A stretch of DNA of 64,000 bases, taken from positions 1 through 64,000 of the forward strand of contig CAVSHT010000011.1 in the NCBI GenBank assembly GCA_963727895.1. The letters run 5' to 3'. The notes beneath the pieces were generated by a model, which had not been told where the DNA came from, did not search any database, and saw only the letters and a list, made by a program, of their open reading frames with translations. A program made the position numbers and the translations under genes. Below, piece after piece: positions 47,582-58,017 of this stretch. The stretch's first letter is position 1. Each line of letters begins with the position of its first letter. The DNA comes from an uncultured Methanosarcinaceae archaeon. Lineage in GTDB: Archaea > Halobacteriota > Methanosarcinia > Methanosarcinales > Methanosarcinaceae.

Positions 47582-48679
47582 ATGATTTTTGACCCTATTA
47601 AAGTCTGCAATTTAGAACTCCAGAACCGCTTTGTAAGGTCCGCAACACACGAATTTCTAGCTAAAGAAGATGGAACGCCCACTTCCAGACTCGGAGACCT
47701 ATATGAAGAACTTGCAAAAAATGAAGTGGGGCTGATCATAACAGGCTATTCCTATGTTCTTCCAGGCGGGCAGAGTGATATCTACCAGCAGGGAATCTAT
47801 GATGATCGTTTTATTGAACCCTATCGGAAGATAACTGAAAGAGTGCACAGGTATAAAAGCAAAATTGTGCTCCAGATTGTGCATGCAGGTCGGCAGGCAA
47901 GTATTTCAGAAGAATATCTTGTTCCTATGGCTCCTTCAGAGGTAAAAGACAGCCATTCGGCAGTTGTGCCCAGAGAAATGACCGAAGAAGAAATCCTGAA
48001 GGTAATTGAAGCTTTTACAAAAGCAGCTGTCAGGGCGAAAAAAGCAGGTTTTGATGGGGTACAGCTCCACTGTGCTCACGGCTTTCTCTTAAGTAATTTT
48101 ATTTCTCCTTATACCAACAGGCGGACTGACCATTGGGGAGGATCAGTAGAAAACCGGACAAGAATAATCACGGAAATTGTCAAGCGCATAAAAGAAGAAA
48201 CAAGAGATTCTTTTCCAGTTCTGGTCAAACTGAATTCAACAGATGGTTTTCAGCCCTGTTGCTCAAAGGCTGAACTTGGACTTGACATTTTCCAGGCAGT
48301 GGAAATTGCAAAGTTTCTGGAGAAAGCTGGAGTCTGTGCAATTGAGGTTAGTGGAGGGATAAGTGAAGCCGGTGGGGTTACTATAAGGACTGCAATTAAC
48401 TCTCCTGCCAAAGAAGCTTATTTTAAAGACTGCTCTAAAGCGATAAAAAATGCAGTGAATATTCCAGTTATTCTTGTAGGTGGCATCAGATCACTTTCGG
48501 TTATTAATGACCTGCTTAAAAACGAAGTTGCAGATTTGGTTTCAATGAGCAGGACATTTATCAGTGAACCTGATATTGTCTTGAAATTCAAATCAGGGGA
48601 GGTTAAAAAGACAAGATGCGTATCCTGTAATCTCTGTTTTGATCCTGAAGGAATCAGGTGTAATTTCCAGTTTGATTAA
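47582..48679 (+). CDS. NADH:flavin oxidoreductase (OYE family)
   Basis: NRFVRSAT, QIVHAG, AGFDGVQLHCAHGFL, NRRTD.WGGS.ENR, CVSCNLC. Confidence 0.92.
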   Translation: MIFDPIKVCNLELQNRFVRSATHEFLAKEDGTPTSRLGDLYEELAKNEVGLIITGYSYVLPGGQSDIYQQGIYDDRFIEPYRKITERVHRYKSKIVLQIVHAGRQASISEEYLVPMAPSEVKDSHSAVVPREMTEEEILKVIEAFTKAAVRAKKAGFDGVQLHCAHGFLLSNFISPYTNRRTDHWGGSVENRTRIITEIVKRIKEETRDSFPVLVKLNSTDGFQPCCSKAELGLDIFQAVEIAKFLEKAGVCAIEVSGGISEAGGVTIRTAINSPAKEAYFKDCSKAIKNAVNIPVILVGGIRSLSVINDLLKNEVADLVSMSRTFISEPDIVLKFKSGEVKKTRCVSCNLCFDPEGIRCNFQFD

Positions 48680-48994
48680 GGATTTTATTAAACTTCCATT
48701 TTAAATAAAGATTGAACTTTACTTTTTTTGGTTAAAAACTGGAGTTTCTACTTTTTTCCTACCAATTTAGCCTCCGGAGATAATTAAGTAGATTTTCGAT
48801 AAAACCTGCAATAGCAGTAGTCATAATAAGATCTATACTAAGTAATGGGGGGCCATACTGAGTTCCGTTAATAAGCCAACTTTTTTATAATAGATAGATG
48901 CAAAAGAGATAAGCTTTCAAGGCTATCAATAGGATTCGGGTTTATGTTTTTTTGCCGGATCTGCTACCCTTATAATTTGAGAGGAAATCAAAAA

Positions 48995-49573
48995 ATGCCA
49001 GAAGAGAACCGTATCGGTAGTAAGATACGCCAGCTTAGAGAAGCCAGAGAAATGACCGTTGAAGAACTGGCTGAAGCTAGTCAAAGCAGCGAGGAATTAA
49101 TTCAGCAGTTGGAAAACGGAGCTCTTGTTCCATCTTTAACGCCTCTTTTGAAGATTGCGCGGGCTTTAGGTGTCCGTCTCGGTACTTTTTTGGATGATAT
49201 GCCTCAGAGCGGACCTGTAATTGTCAAATCAGGACAATCAGAGGATGTAGTCCGTTTTTCAGGAAAAACTGAAAGACCTAAAAAGAGTGCTCTTGAATTT
49301 TATTCTCTTGCCCCAGATAAAGCAGATCGCCATATGGAACCTTTTGTTATTGATATCCATCCTTCTCCTAAAGAAAGCCACAAGCTCTCTTCTCACGAAG
49401 GAGAGGAGTTTATCTATGTCCTTTCAGGAGATATTGAGATTTTCTACGGGAAGGATGTTATTAAATTGAATTCAGGAGACAGCATATATTATGATTCCAT
49501 TGTTCCTCATGATGTTCATACGGAAGGGGAAAGTGATGCAAGAATCCTGGCTGTAATCTATGCTCCTGTGTAA
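48995..49573 (+). CDS. XRE-family HTH plus cupin transcriptional regulator
   Basis: [46 protein letters not shown]. Confidence 0.9.
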   Translation: MPEENRIGSKIRQLREAREMTVEELAEASQSSEELIQQLENGALVPSLTPLLKIARALGVRLGTFLDDMPQSGPVIVKSGQSEDVVRFSGKTERPKKSALEFYSLAPDKADRHMEPFVIDIHPSPKESHKLSSHEGEEFIYVLSGDIEIFYGKDVIKLNSGDSIYYDSIVPHDVHTEGESDARILAVIYAPV

Positions 49574-49674
49574 AACCGCAATGCGTAGATAAAAGAGTGA
49601 GAACTTTAGCTTAAAACGGAAAGTTCTGGATTTAAAAATTAGATACAAGTATTTCAGAGTTAAGGTAATCCAAA

Positions 49675-50118
49675 ATGTTTAGTACAATTGTTAGTCCACG
49701 CTTTGGGGACATAGACGGGCTTGGACATGTGAATAACACTGTTCTCCCTGTCTGGTTCGAAACTGGAAGAAACTCCGTATTCAGGCTTTTTTCACCAGAC
49801 CTTGATCTCAGCCCTGATGTATGGCACCTTATTCTGGTCAGGACTGAATTTGATTTTCTGCACCAGATGTACTTCAGGTCTGACGTAGAGATCAGGACTT
49901 ATATTGCAAAAATAGGAAATACTTCCTTTACCGTTGGGCATGAAGCATGGCAAGAAGGAGAGCTTAAGGTCAAAGGCCAGGCAGTTCTTGTCTATTACGA
50001 CTTCAAGCTTCAGAAAGCAATTCCACTTCCTGATTCGATCCGGAATATTCTGAAAGCTCACATGCTTCCTGCGATGGATACAAAAGAAACAGATGCAGAT
50101 TCACCCTGTTCAATCTGA
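49675..50118 (+). CDS. Acyl-CoA thioesterase (4HBT/YbgC hotdog family)
   Basis: RFGDIDGLGHVNN, FETGR, IGNTSF. Confidence 0.9.
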   Translation: MFSTIVSPRFGDIDGLGHVNNTVLPVWFETGRNSVFRLFSPDLDLSPDVWHLILVRTEFDFLHQMYFRSDVEIRTYIAKIGNTSFTVGHEAWQEGELKVKGQAVLVYYDFKLQKAIPLPDSIRNILKAHMLPAMDTKETDADSPCSI

Positions 50119-50684
50119 ACATACTTGCCTCCTGCGGGAAAGCAAGAAGTAGAAAAGTGAAGTTTTTGGGAACGGCTAGTGCATTGAATTTATAGATATC
50201 GCTGTTTTCGTGGCTAAAGTGTTATAACAGGTATGATTGTTAGCCGTTCCTAATTGATTTTTTACAATCAGCCATGTATATTTTTGCGTATTTTATTTGA
50301 GATGGGTACATTTACCCTTCCCTTGGAAAAATAGTTCAAATTAATTTTTTTCTATGTCATGATATGGACTTCTGCTTCAAAATTCCGAATTACTGTAGTT
50401 GATTCATTGGGTTTTGAGATATTAAAGAATTTTTCTCCGATTAGAAAAGCCATGCATGAGGATGCATTTTTATATTTGTTGGGATATAGAATGAAAGTTG
50501 AGTCCACCTGACTTTTATAGTCGAACTAGAAAAGAATAATGCGATTAATATATCGAAATATAGTATTAACAACAAATTTGTAGTATTGTGAAATATCTAT
50601 TTTATTCCTAAGATGCGCAGTCCCTAAAACACATATACTAAAGACCTTAAGTTATTTAAGAAAACAAAAAAATGAGGTAATTCA

Positions 50685-50990
50685 ATGCTAGGCGCAGAGG
50701 AACTTATACCGATTTTCATACTAGTTGTGCTCCTTTTTGGGGCAAATAAACTTCCTGAATTAGCTCGATCCATGGGGAGTGCGATGGGAGAATTCAAAAA
50801 AGCTCAGATGGAATCTGAACAAAATCTGAGAGAGTTTGAAAAATCCATAAAAGAACCCACCGTTGTAAAGAGCAAGATACAGGAAACAGCTGAAAAAATT
50901 GGAATTGATATAAGGGGCAAGACCGACGACCAGCTTCTCGATGCAATACAGAAATCAACTGACAAGCAAAATGAAGTTTCACAGCCATGA
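50685..50990 (+). CDS. tatA: Twin-arginine translocase TatA/E subunit
   Basis: N-terminal TM, LLFGANKLPELARSMG..MGEFKKA. Confidence 0.9.
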   Translation: MLGAEELIPIFILVVLLFGANKLPELARSMGSAMGEFKKAQMESEQNLREFEKSIKEPTVVKSKIQETAEKIGIDIRGKTDDQLLDAIQKSTDKQNEVSQP

Positions 50991-51694
50991 AAGGCGCTTG
51001 AGATTAGAAATATGAAAAAATTTAGATGTTTAAAGCATACATAGTTCTATTTAAAAAATAGGTTGTTTTTATCTCCTATTTATCAGTGTGATCTAAAATA
51101 GAGAATTGATTTTATCTTAAGGGTCAGTTGACGGCTTTATCAAAGTGTCAACTGAACGATTGAATTTTGAACAATTTACTGAAAAAGTCTGATTTTTTGA
51201 TGTTTTTTAGGACAAACTTTAGTTTCCAGTATACAATTCTATTAATTTTATGAATTATTTCAATTAATTGTCAACTTATTGTACATACAATATCAGGAAT
51301 TTATCATAATAGGATCCATTAGACATTGTTCCATAATTTATTAAGTAACTAAGCAATAGTGTTCAAAAAGACTCAGCGATCTAAAACGTTGGGATTTTTG
51401 TGCAGAGAAAAAAGGTTCTTTTTTTAGAAGTTCACAACACATAATCTTTGGTCATCAAAACCATGTATTACGTCGTATCTTTTAATCAATTTACCACTGG
51501 AATTATAGAATGATCTGTTTATATAGTATGATATAAGAAAAAGGAAAGATATTTCTGGTTAATATAATATAAATATTTCATATATCATATTTACTATTTA
51601 CTAACCAAATGAGAAACTTCACTGCAAGTGTTTTATGAAATCGTCGTATAATTTCTTAATAGCAAACTGTTATTCATTTTCTGAGGTGTTCATA

Positions 51695-52711
51695 TTGAGA
51701 AAATTAAATGTCGATATCGAATAGTTCAAAAGACTCTATAATAATGGAATGAACGATAAAGAAATCGCTAATATTCTCGACTTTTCTCAATCTACTGCAC
51801 GCAACATACGCTGCAATTTAGGGTTGCCGTCACTAGTGAGTAGTCGCAAACCCACCGTACCAGTAGTTATAGACCATAAAGAACTCAAAAGGCTTTTCGA
51901 AAAAGGTCTTAGTGACAATGAAATTAGTGAATTTTTTGGTGTAAGTGAGAATACAATCTTGAAACATCGCCAAATTCTAGGTTTATTAAGATGGAAAAAG
52001 TGGGAAAGAACAGCTGATAACATCGAAAAATTCAAGCATCTTTATTATGAAGGTTTAAGTGACAGAAAGATCGGAAATATTCTTGGTATATGTATTGACA
52101 CAGCAAGGAAAACTCGTCACGACCTAAGGTTAACTCCACAGCCATTAAGTAGGAAATATGTTAACATTGAGGAATTAAAACATTACATGGCTATAGGACT
52201 TACTGATAAAGAAATTGGCGCTATTTTCGGTGTTAGTGATCGTACTATTTATGAAAGACGCTGTGATATAGGTTTATTCCTACGCAAGAAACAAACTTTG
52301 TTTGAGAACATAAACATAGATGATTTCAAAAAGCTATATACAGAAGGCATGAGTGATGTAAGGATCGCAAAAGCACTTGGTGTACAAGATCAAGTATTAA
52401 TAAGAGAAATACGCAATAATCTCGGACTTGCACCGAATAATGGGAAAAAACACTTGAAAATGCGTGAACTATATGACTTAGAGTTGTCTGATAATAAAAT
52501 TGCCGAAACACTCTAAGTTAGGAAACACGATGTCACTACATGGCGTCAAAGCCACGAATTGCCTGCAAATAATTATGGTGATGAGGTCACAGACGCTCAA
52601 AATGTTAAGTTATCAAACCCCATAAAAGAAAAGTCGATTCGAATTGATTTGGAATCGCTTTTTTATGATACAGAATTTCTTGAGAACTATCTTCAAAAAG
52701 AGATTACGTAA
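51695..52711 (+). pseudogene. Protein of six tandem HTH-like repeats with two in-frame stops
   Basis: GAGGTG RBS, TTG 51695, TAG at 51722 and TAA at 52514 both interrupt repeats that continue in frame; unit ~ID.(F/L)K.L(Y/F)..GLSD.EIA..LGV...T....R..LGL. Confidence 0.75.
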
Positions 52712-52843
52712 TGATTTAGTATTATGATCCATCTAAAGTCTTGAATAAAAACCGGAAAATGGGTTAATCAAAGCATCGGTTTCGAATCTTAAAAACGCTT
52801 AGGCTCAATATTGCGCGTCTTATTCTCTTATTTGAGAGGTTAG

Positions 52844-53377
52844 TCATCGAACTGTTCTTGTGTTGCTGCCCCGATTCTTTTCAGAGGTCTTATTGCGAGC
52901 GCAACGAGAATGACGGGCACTACGATCTCTAAGACATTTCTCCGGTTCGATTCGTATTGCTTTCTTAAATGCTTGCATAGCTTCATTGTACTTCTTAAGG
53001 ATTCCTAAAATAATTCCTTTATTATGCCATGCCTATGCATTCTCCGGTTCGGTTTCTAGCACTTTCTCAAATACTTGCAGAGCCTCATCATACTTTTTAA
53101 TATTTCTCAAAGTAATTCCTTTATCAATCAAAGCGTCAATGTCATCTAACTTACGTTTAGATAGCTTTAGGGCATTGTCTTTAATCAATGTATCAGGATT
53201 CTCTGGTTCCATTTTGATCTCTTTAACGAAGACCCTCAAATCATATCGTGTTTTACCGTTTTTAGGAATGTAATCCCGTCCAATGTAGCAATTACCAGTA
53301 GCGCCTATTACCCTATCTGGAATCTCAATCCAAACATCGGCATTAAGGCAATGAAATCTGTCAGGAGGTTCAGACAT
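52844..53377 (-). pseudogene. TPR-containing protein with an in-frame TAG
   Basis: TPR pattern continues across the TAG at 53033-53035: ..EPENA*AWHNKGIILGILKKYNEAMQAFKKAIRIEPE. Confidence 0.65.
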
Positions 53378-53832
53378 ATTTTTGCATCTCCATATTACCT
53401 ACATATTTTAATTATATTTAAATGCTTGAATCATCTTATATAAATGATTAAAACAAAATATTCATGAAAAGTAGACACTCAAATTAACAGACAAAAAACA
53501 AAGTTAAGAAGACGTATTAATATCTCAACGAGGAATTTCAAAATATTTCATTATATTACTATTAAATATTTCTAAGCCATTTATTTCCAAATTAAGTGAT
53601 TAATATAAGAAGTAATTACATGGATAAATTGATCAGATTTCTGCTATATTTCATAGTACTATGTTTATATTGTTATCATCGGTTTCATACTTTAGGCAGG
53701 TAATGTTTTAAATCATATTTTATAACGAAACTGGACAGAAGATTACAGCATACATACACAAACTCTTGAAACATTAATTTTCATTAGAAAATATCCAATT
53801 ATAAAAGAAATAGGACATAGATAAACTCCCCT

Positions 53833-54885
53833 TTATGTAAAAGCTTCAATGCATTCAATATTACCAGGACCACGCCATTTCATGATATATGCTCCGCTTT
53901 CATCTATGTATAGAAAACGTATTTGTATAACACATTATTCCATTGTATTCTATGTCTTTCCCAATCCAGCACCCAGTATTAAGAAATAATTTCGTTCCTG
54001 CTTTTGTTATTAGCTCATAAGAACTTGCAAAATGGGTATGACCAAAAACAATAACATCTGAATCTATAGTTTCCTTATTTTTCTGGTAATATCTATGTTT
54101 AATGACCTGTTCTGCAGTCTTGTCCATAGGTCTCGTGGAGTTGTAAATAATTCCTTGGGTATTGGCAACAATACCAGGAATAGAACTTAATGCAAAAAAA
54201 CCAATAATCATAGCCCAAGATAGATTATCAAAGAAACTCGGTTGTGGAAAATCTCTCATTAAAAAATATTTTTCACAAATTAACAGGAATAAAAATATAA
54301 CAAAGTTTGCTTTCCAGTATTTTTTAGTAAATTTCACATTGAAAAGATCTTGAAACCAGTTAATAGGATTCCATAATTTATTGATATGCTTTAAAATAGC
54401 TTGATTTTTATCGAACTGATGACCATGTAGAAAAAAATATGACCTGTTTCCAATTTTAATACCATGTGCTTTACCAGATTTCTTGTCTTTTTTAGGATAA
54501 TACCTATTGTAAATAACAAATCTTTTTCCATTATTTAAAATATCAAAATTGTCCTTTCCTTCAAGCTCACCCAAAGAGTCATCATGGTTACCAACTACAT
54601 ATATCTTGTCGCAATTAATGGTAGAAAGTAAATAAAAAGGTCTCGCAAAATCTTTGATAATGTTGTTTCTGTCACCATTCTTTGGATTCCATAAATCCAA
54701 GATATCTCCTAAGAGAATTATTTTGTCAGGTTTTTTAATTGTGACCTCTTCTTTATCCTTGTATTTTATAATCTAGGTTGGTTTTCCAAATCATGCATCC
54801 ACTTAAGGAAATCACAAAAATCTTTATGATTACACTCTTCATTGCCTAAATGGACATCTGAGATAACTATATAAGATTGCTTCAT
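53833..54885 (-). pseudogene. Calcineurin-like metallophosphoesterase (LpxH-like) with two frameshifts
   Basis: SDVHLG in the upstream frame, then LLGDI, GNHD, HGHQFD, FGHTH, NTGCW; internal TM pair. Confidence 0.75.
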
Positions 54886-55134
54886 TTGAGAACCCATTAT
54901 ATTACTGAAAATAAATAATAATTTCCAGAGAACTTCTTGACTCTAAATTATTATTTAGTTAGTATCAAGTCTTGTTTCGGATGGAAAATATAAAATCCTT
55001 GATTGACTTTTTATCTTGAGCGCAAATGCTTGAGCTTTGGAGTCTGTTTAAAGCCGCATTCAATTTTTTTGCAGTGCAGGTTATATCACCGATTTCCCCC
55101 GGCTCAGCCATATGCAGTTGGAGGTATATTAATT

Positions 55135-56787
55135 ATGATATTGAACTCCGTCGGTGAATACTTTGAAAAACAGATGGCTGTAGACCCTGACCATGAATTT
55201 ATAATTTACCCGGATAGGAATCTTCGTTTTACTTATGGGCAATTCAATGAAAGGGTCAATAACCTTGCAAAAGGACTGCTGGCTATCGGAATAGAAAAAG
55301 GGTGACCATGTAGGAATCTGGGCAAAGAATGTTCCTGACTGGCTTACCTTCATGTTTGCCACGGCAAAGATCGGGGCAGTGCTTGTTACTGTAAATACTG
55401 CTTACAAGAGCCATGAAGTAGAATATGTGTTAAAACAGTCTGATATGAGAGCTCTGGCTCTTATTGATAGCTTCAGGGATGTTGATTACCTTGAAATAAT
55501 CAATGAGCTAATCCCTGAACTCAAAACTTCTGAAAGAGGGAGATTGAAAAGTAAAAACTTTCCCTATCTTAAGAGCATAATTTACGTAGGACAGGAAAAG
55601 CACCGGGGTATGTATAACACAAGTGAGCTTTTGCTCCTTGGCAGTCATTATCTTGATGACGAACTCCACGAAATTATGGTCTAGCGTCGACTGTGACGAT
55701 GTTGTCAATATGCAGTATACCTCAGGAACAACGGGATTTCCTAAAGGAGTCATGCTGACCCATAAAAATATATTGAACAATGGACTTTCTATCAGGAGAT
55801 CGCCAGAAGTTCACCATGTAGATAGACTCTGTTTTCCTGTGCCACTTTTTCACTGTTTCGGGATAGTACTCGGAGTCATGGCTATTCTGACTCATAGAGC
55901 AACACTTGTTATGCTCGAAATTTTTGACCCTTTAATGGTACTTGCTGCGGTACATAAAGAGAAATGTACGGCTCTTTACGGCGTGCCAACGATGTTTATT
56001 GCAGAGTATACGCATCCGATGTTTGATTTGTTTGACCTATCGTCTCTCAGAACAGGGATTATGGCAGGTTCGACCTGCCCTGTGGAAGCCATGAAAAAGG
56101 TCGTAAATGATATGCATTGCCATCAGATTACCAGTGTTTACGGACTTACGGAAGCATCTCCTGGTATGACTCAAACTACTGTGGATGATCCTCTAGAACT
56201 TAGAGTCGAAACTGTTGGCAAATGTTTTCCTGAGCGTAGAGGTAAGAGTTGTTGATCCTGATACCAATGAGCCAGTGCCCGTAAATGCTGCAGGAGAGAT
56301 ATGCTGTCGCGGGTATAATGTGATGAAAGGCTACTATAAGATGCCTGAAGAAACTAAAAAAGTTATAGATGAAGACGGCTGGCTTCACAGCGGAGATCTT
56401 GGAACCTGTGACGAAAAGGGTTATTACAGAATCACAGGCAGGATTAAGGACATGATTATCCGGGGAGGAGAAAACATATATCCAAGAGAGATTGAGGAAC
56501 TCCTTCTTACTATGTCCAGAGTTACAGATGTCCAGGTTGTAGGTATCCCTAACAAAAAATACGGGGAAATTGTAGGTGCCTTTGTGATTCTCGAAAAAAG
56601 TGTAGATATTACAGAAGCCGATATAAGGGATTATGCCTTAAGCAAGATCGCTCGCTATAAAGTTCCAAAGTATGTATTTATTGTAGAAGAATTTCCATTG
56701 ACAGCGAGTGGAAAGATTCAAAAATATAGGTTAAGGGAAATGGCTGTGGAACTTTGTAATAAGCAGAATGAAATAGCAGTTGATTAA
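55135..56787 (+). CDS. AMP-binding acyl-CoA synthetase (several frameshifts)
   Basis: Fragments join: [64 protein letters not shown]. Confidence 0.85.
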
Positions 56788-57074
56788 AGGCAGCATCTGT
56801 TAAAATAGCAGTTGATCAAAAATAATTAACCATAAAGGCAAGTATCAGCCATTTAGATTAATTATTTTTTCGCAAAACCTACTTTGACAATTTTGTTGCT
56901 TTAAGTTTTAAAGCCATTAAAAAATTGAATACTAGCAAATATTATCTAGTGATTATATTTTTTAAGCAGATTGTAAATTGTTTTGCCTATTAGAATTTTT
57001 ACGATAATACAAAAATGATAGGTAATTGAATATTTGACGTAATTTATTATATATACAATTTCAGCATTAGTTGA

Positions 57075-57330
57075 TGTAGTTGCAAGAGAAATGCAAGTGC
57101 ATCTTTGTGTATAGCATATAGGGTTTTTGTAGGGGTTTTTCGATTGAGAGTTCAGGAATCATATAAGGAGCTCTCAATCAATAACAAATAAATTAAATAC
57201 TTGCACTGATTCTCTTACAACTATAGGGAGAATATGGGGGAGTATTCTTCAAGGGGGTTTCACCGATTGAGAGCCTAGGGTCATCAAATAAGGCTCTCAA
57301 TCAATCACCAATCTTTAACTTAATACTTTT
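57075..57330 (+). ncRNA. Candidate structured non-coding RNA
   Basis: TATA-like element at 57043-57055; long stem 57075-57098 pairing with 57199-57225; two repeated 12-bp hairpins with compensatory changes (57142-57179, 57265-57302); T-tract near 57327. Confidence 0.55.
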
Positions 57331-58017
57331 TTAACTAACTATCAGAACAATTATAAACTTCACAAGCCTCTAAAGTTTGTTACAGCTTATTAGCCCGGTA
57401 GAATGTATAAAAACCCAAACTGTTCTTGTAATCAAACTCAAATTTTAGAATTGTCCCCATCCATATCTTTAATAAATCTTTCAACGATTTAATTACTGCA
57501 CTATCCTATATAAGTCCTTTGATGAGTCACTTTTGTTAGTGTTTTTACTAACAAATAAAATATATTCATAACAAAACTTCTTCATATTTTATCTCTTGCG
57601 AGAACATATTAATACCGAAAAATTTGAAATTAGTAATTTGTGTCGAGCCTGAGGAGATCAAGGGAGATTCAAGTATTAAAGGCTCAATTTAAAAATAAGG
57701 ATTCTGTTTTGTCTTCAGTTACGAGATAACAATATATCTATTACTTTAAAAAAAGTAAAAGTAGCGATTGAAAATCTAAATATTTGATGGAGACGAGTAT
57801 TAAATAAAAGAAGTTTATTAAAAACTAAAAAAGATATATTTATGTTTATATTTCTGAGTAGATTTTGGCAGGCATTTTATATCAAAACAAAATTTAATAT
57901 TTCTCATTCAAAAAGGGCATTTCACTATTGAATTACAAAAAATTTTGGATCAGGCAGTTAGTAGACATTATACTAAAATTAGTAAAATAAGGACATTGAT
58001 AAGGACATTGAGCAAAG

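Noticed and set aside
57120..57310. CRISPR array
   Set aside because: Only two divergent units about 123 bp apart, variation lies inside the hairpin loop, and no cas genes are present
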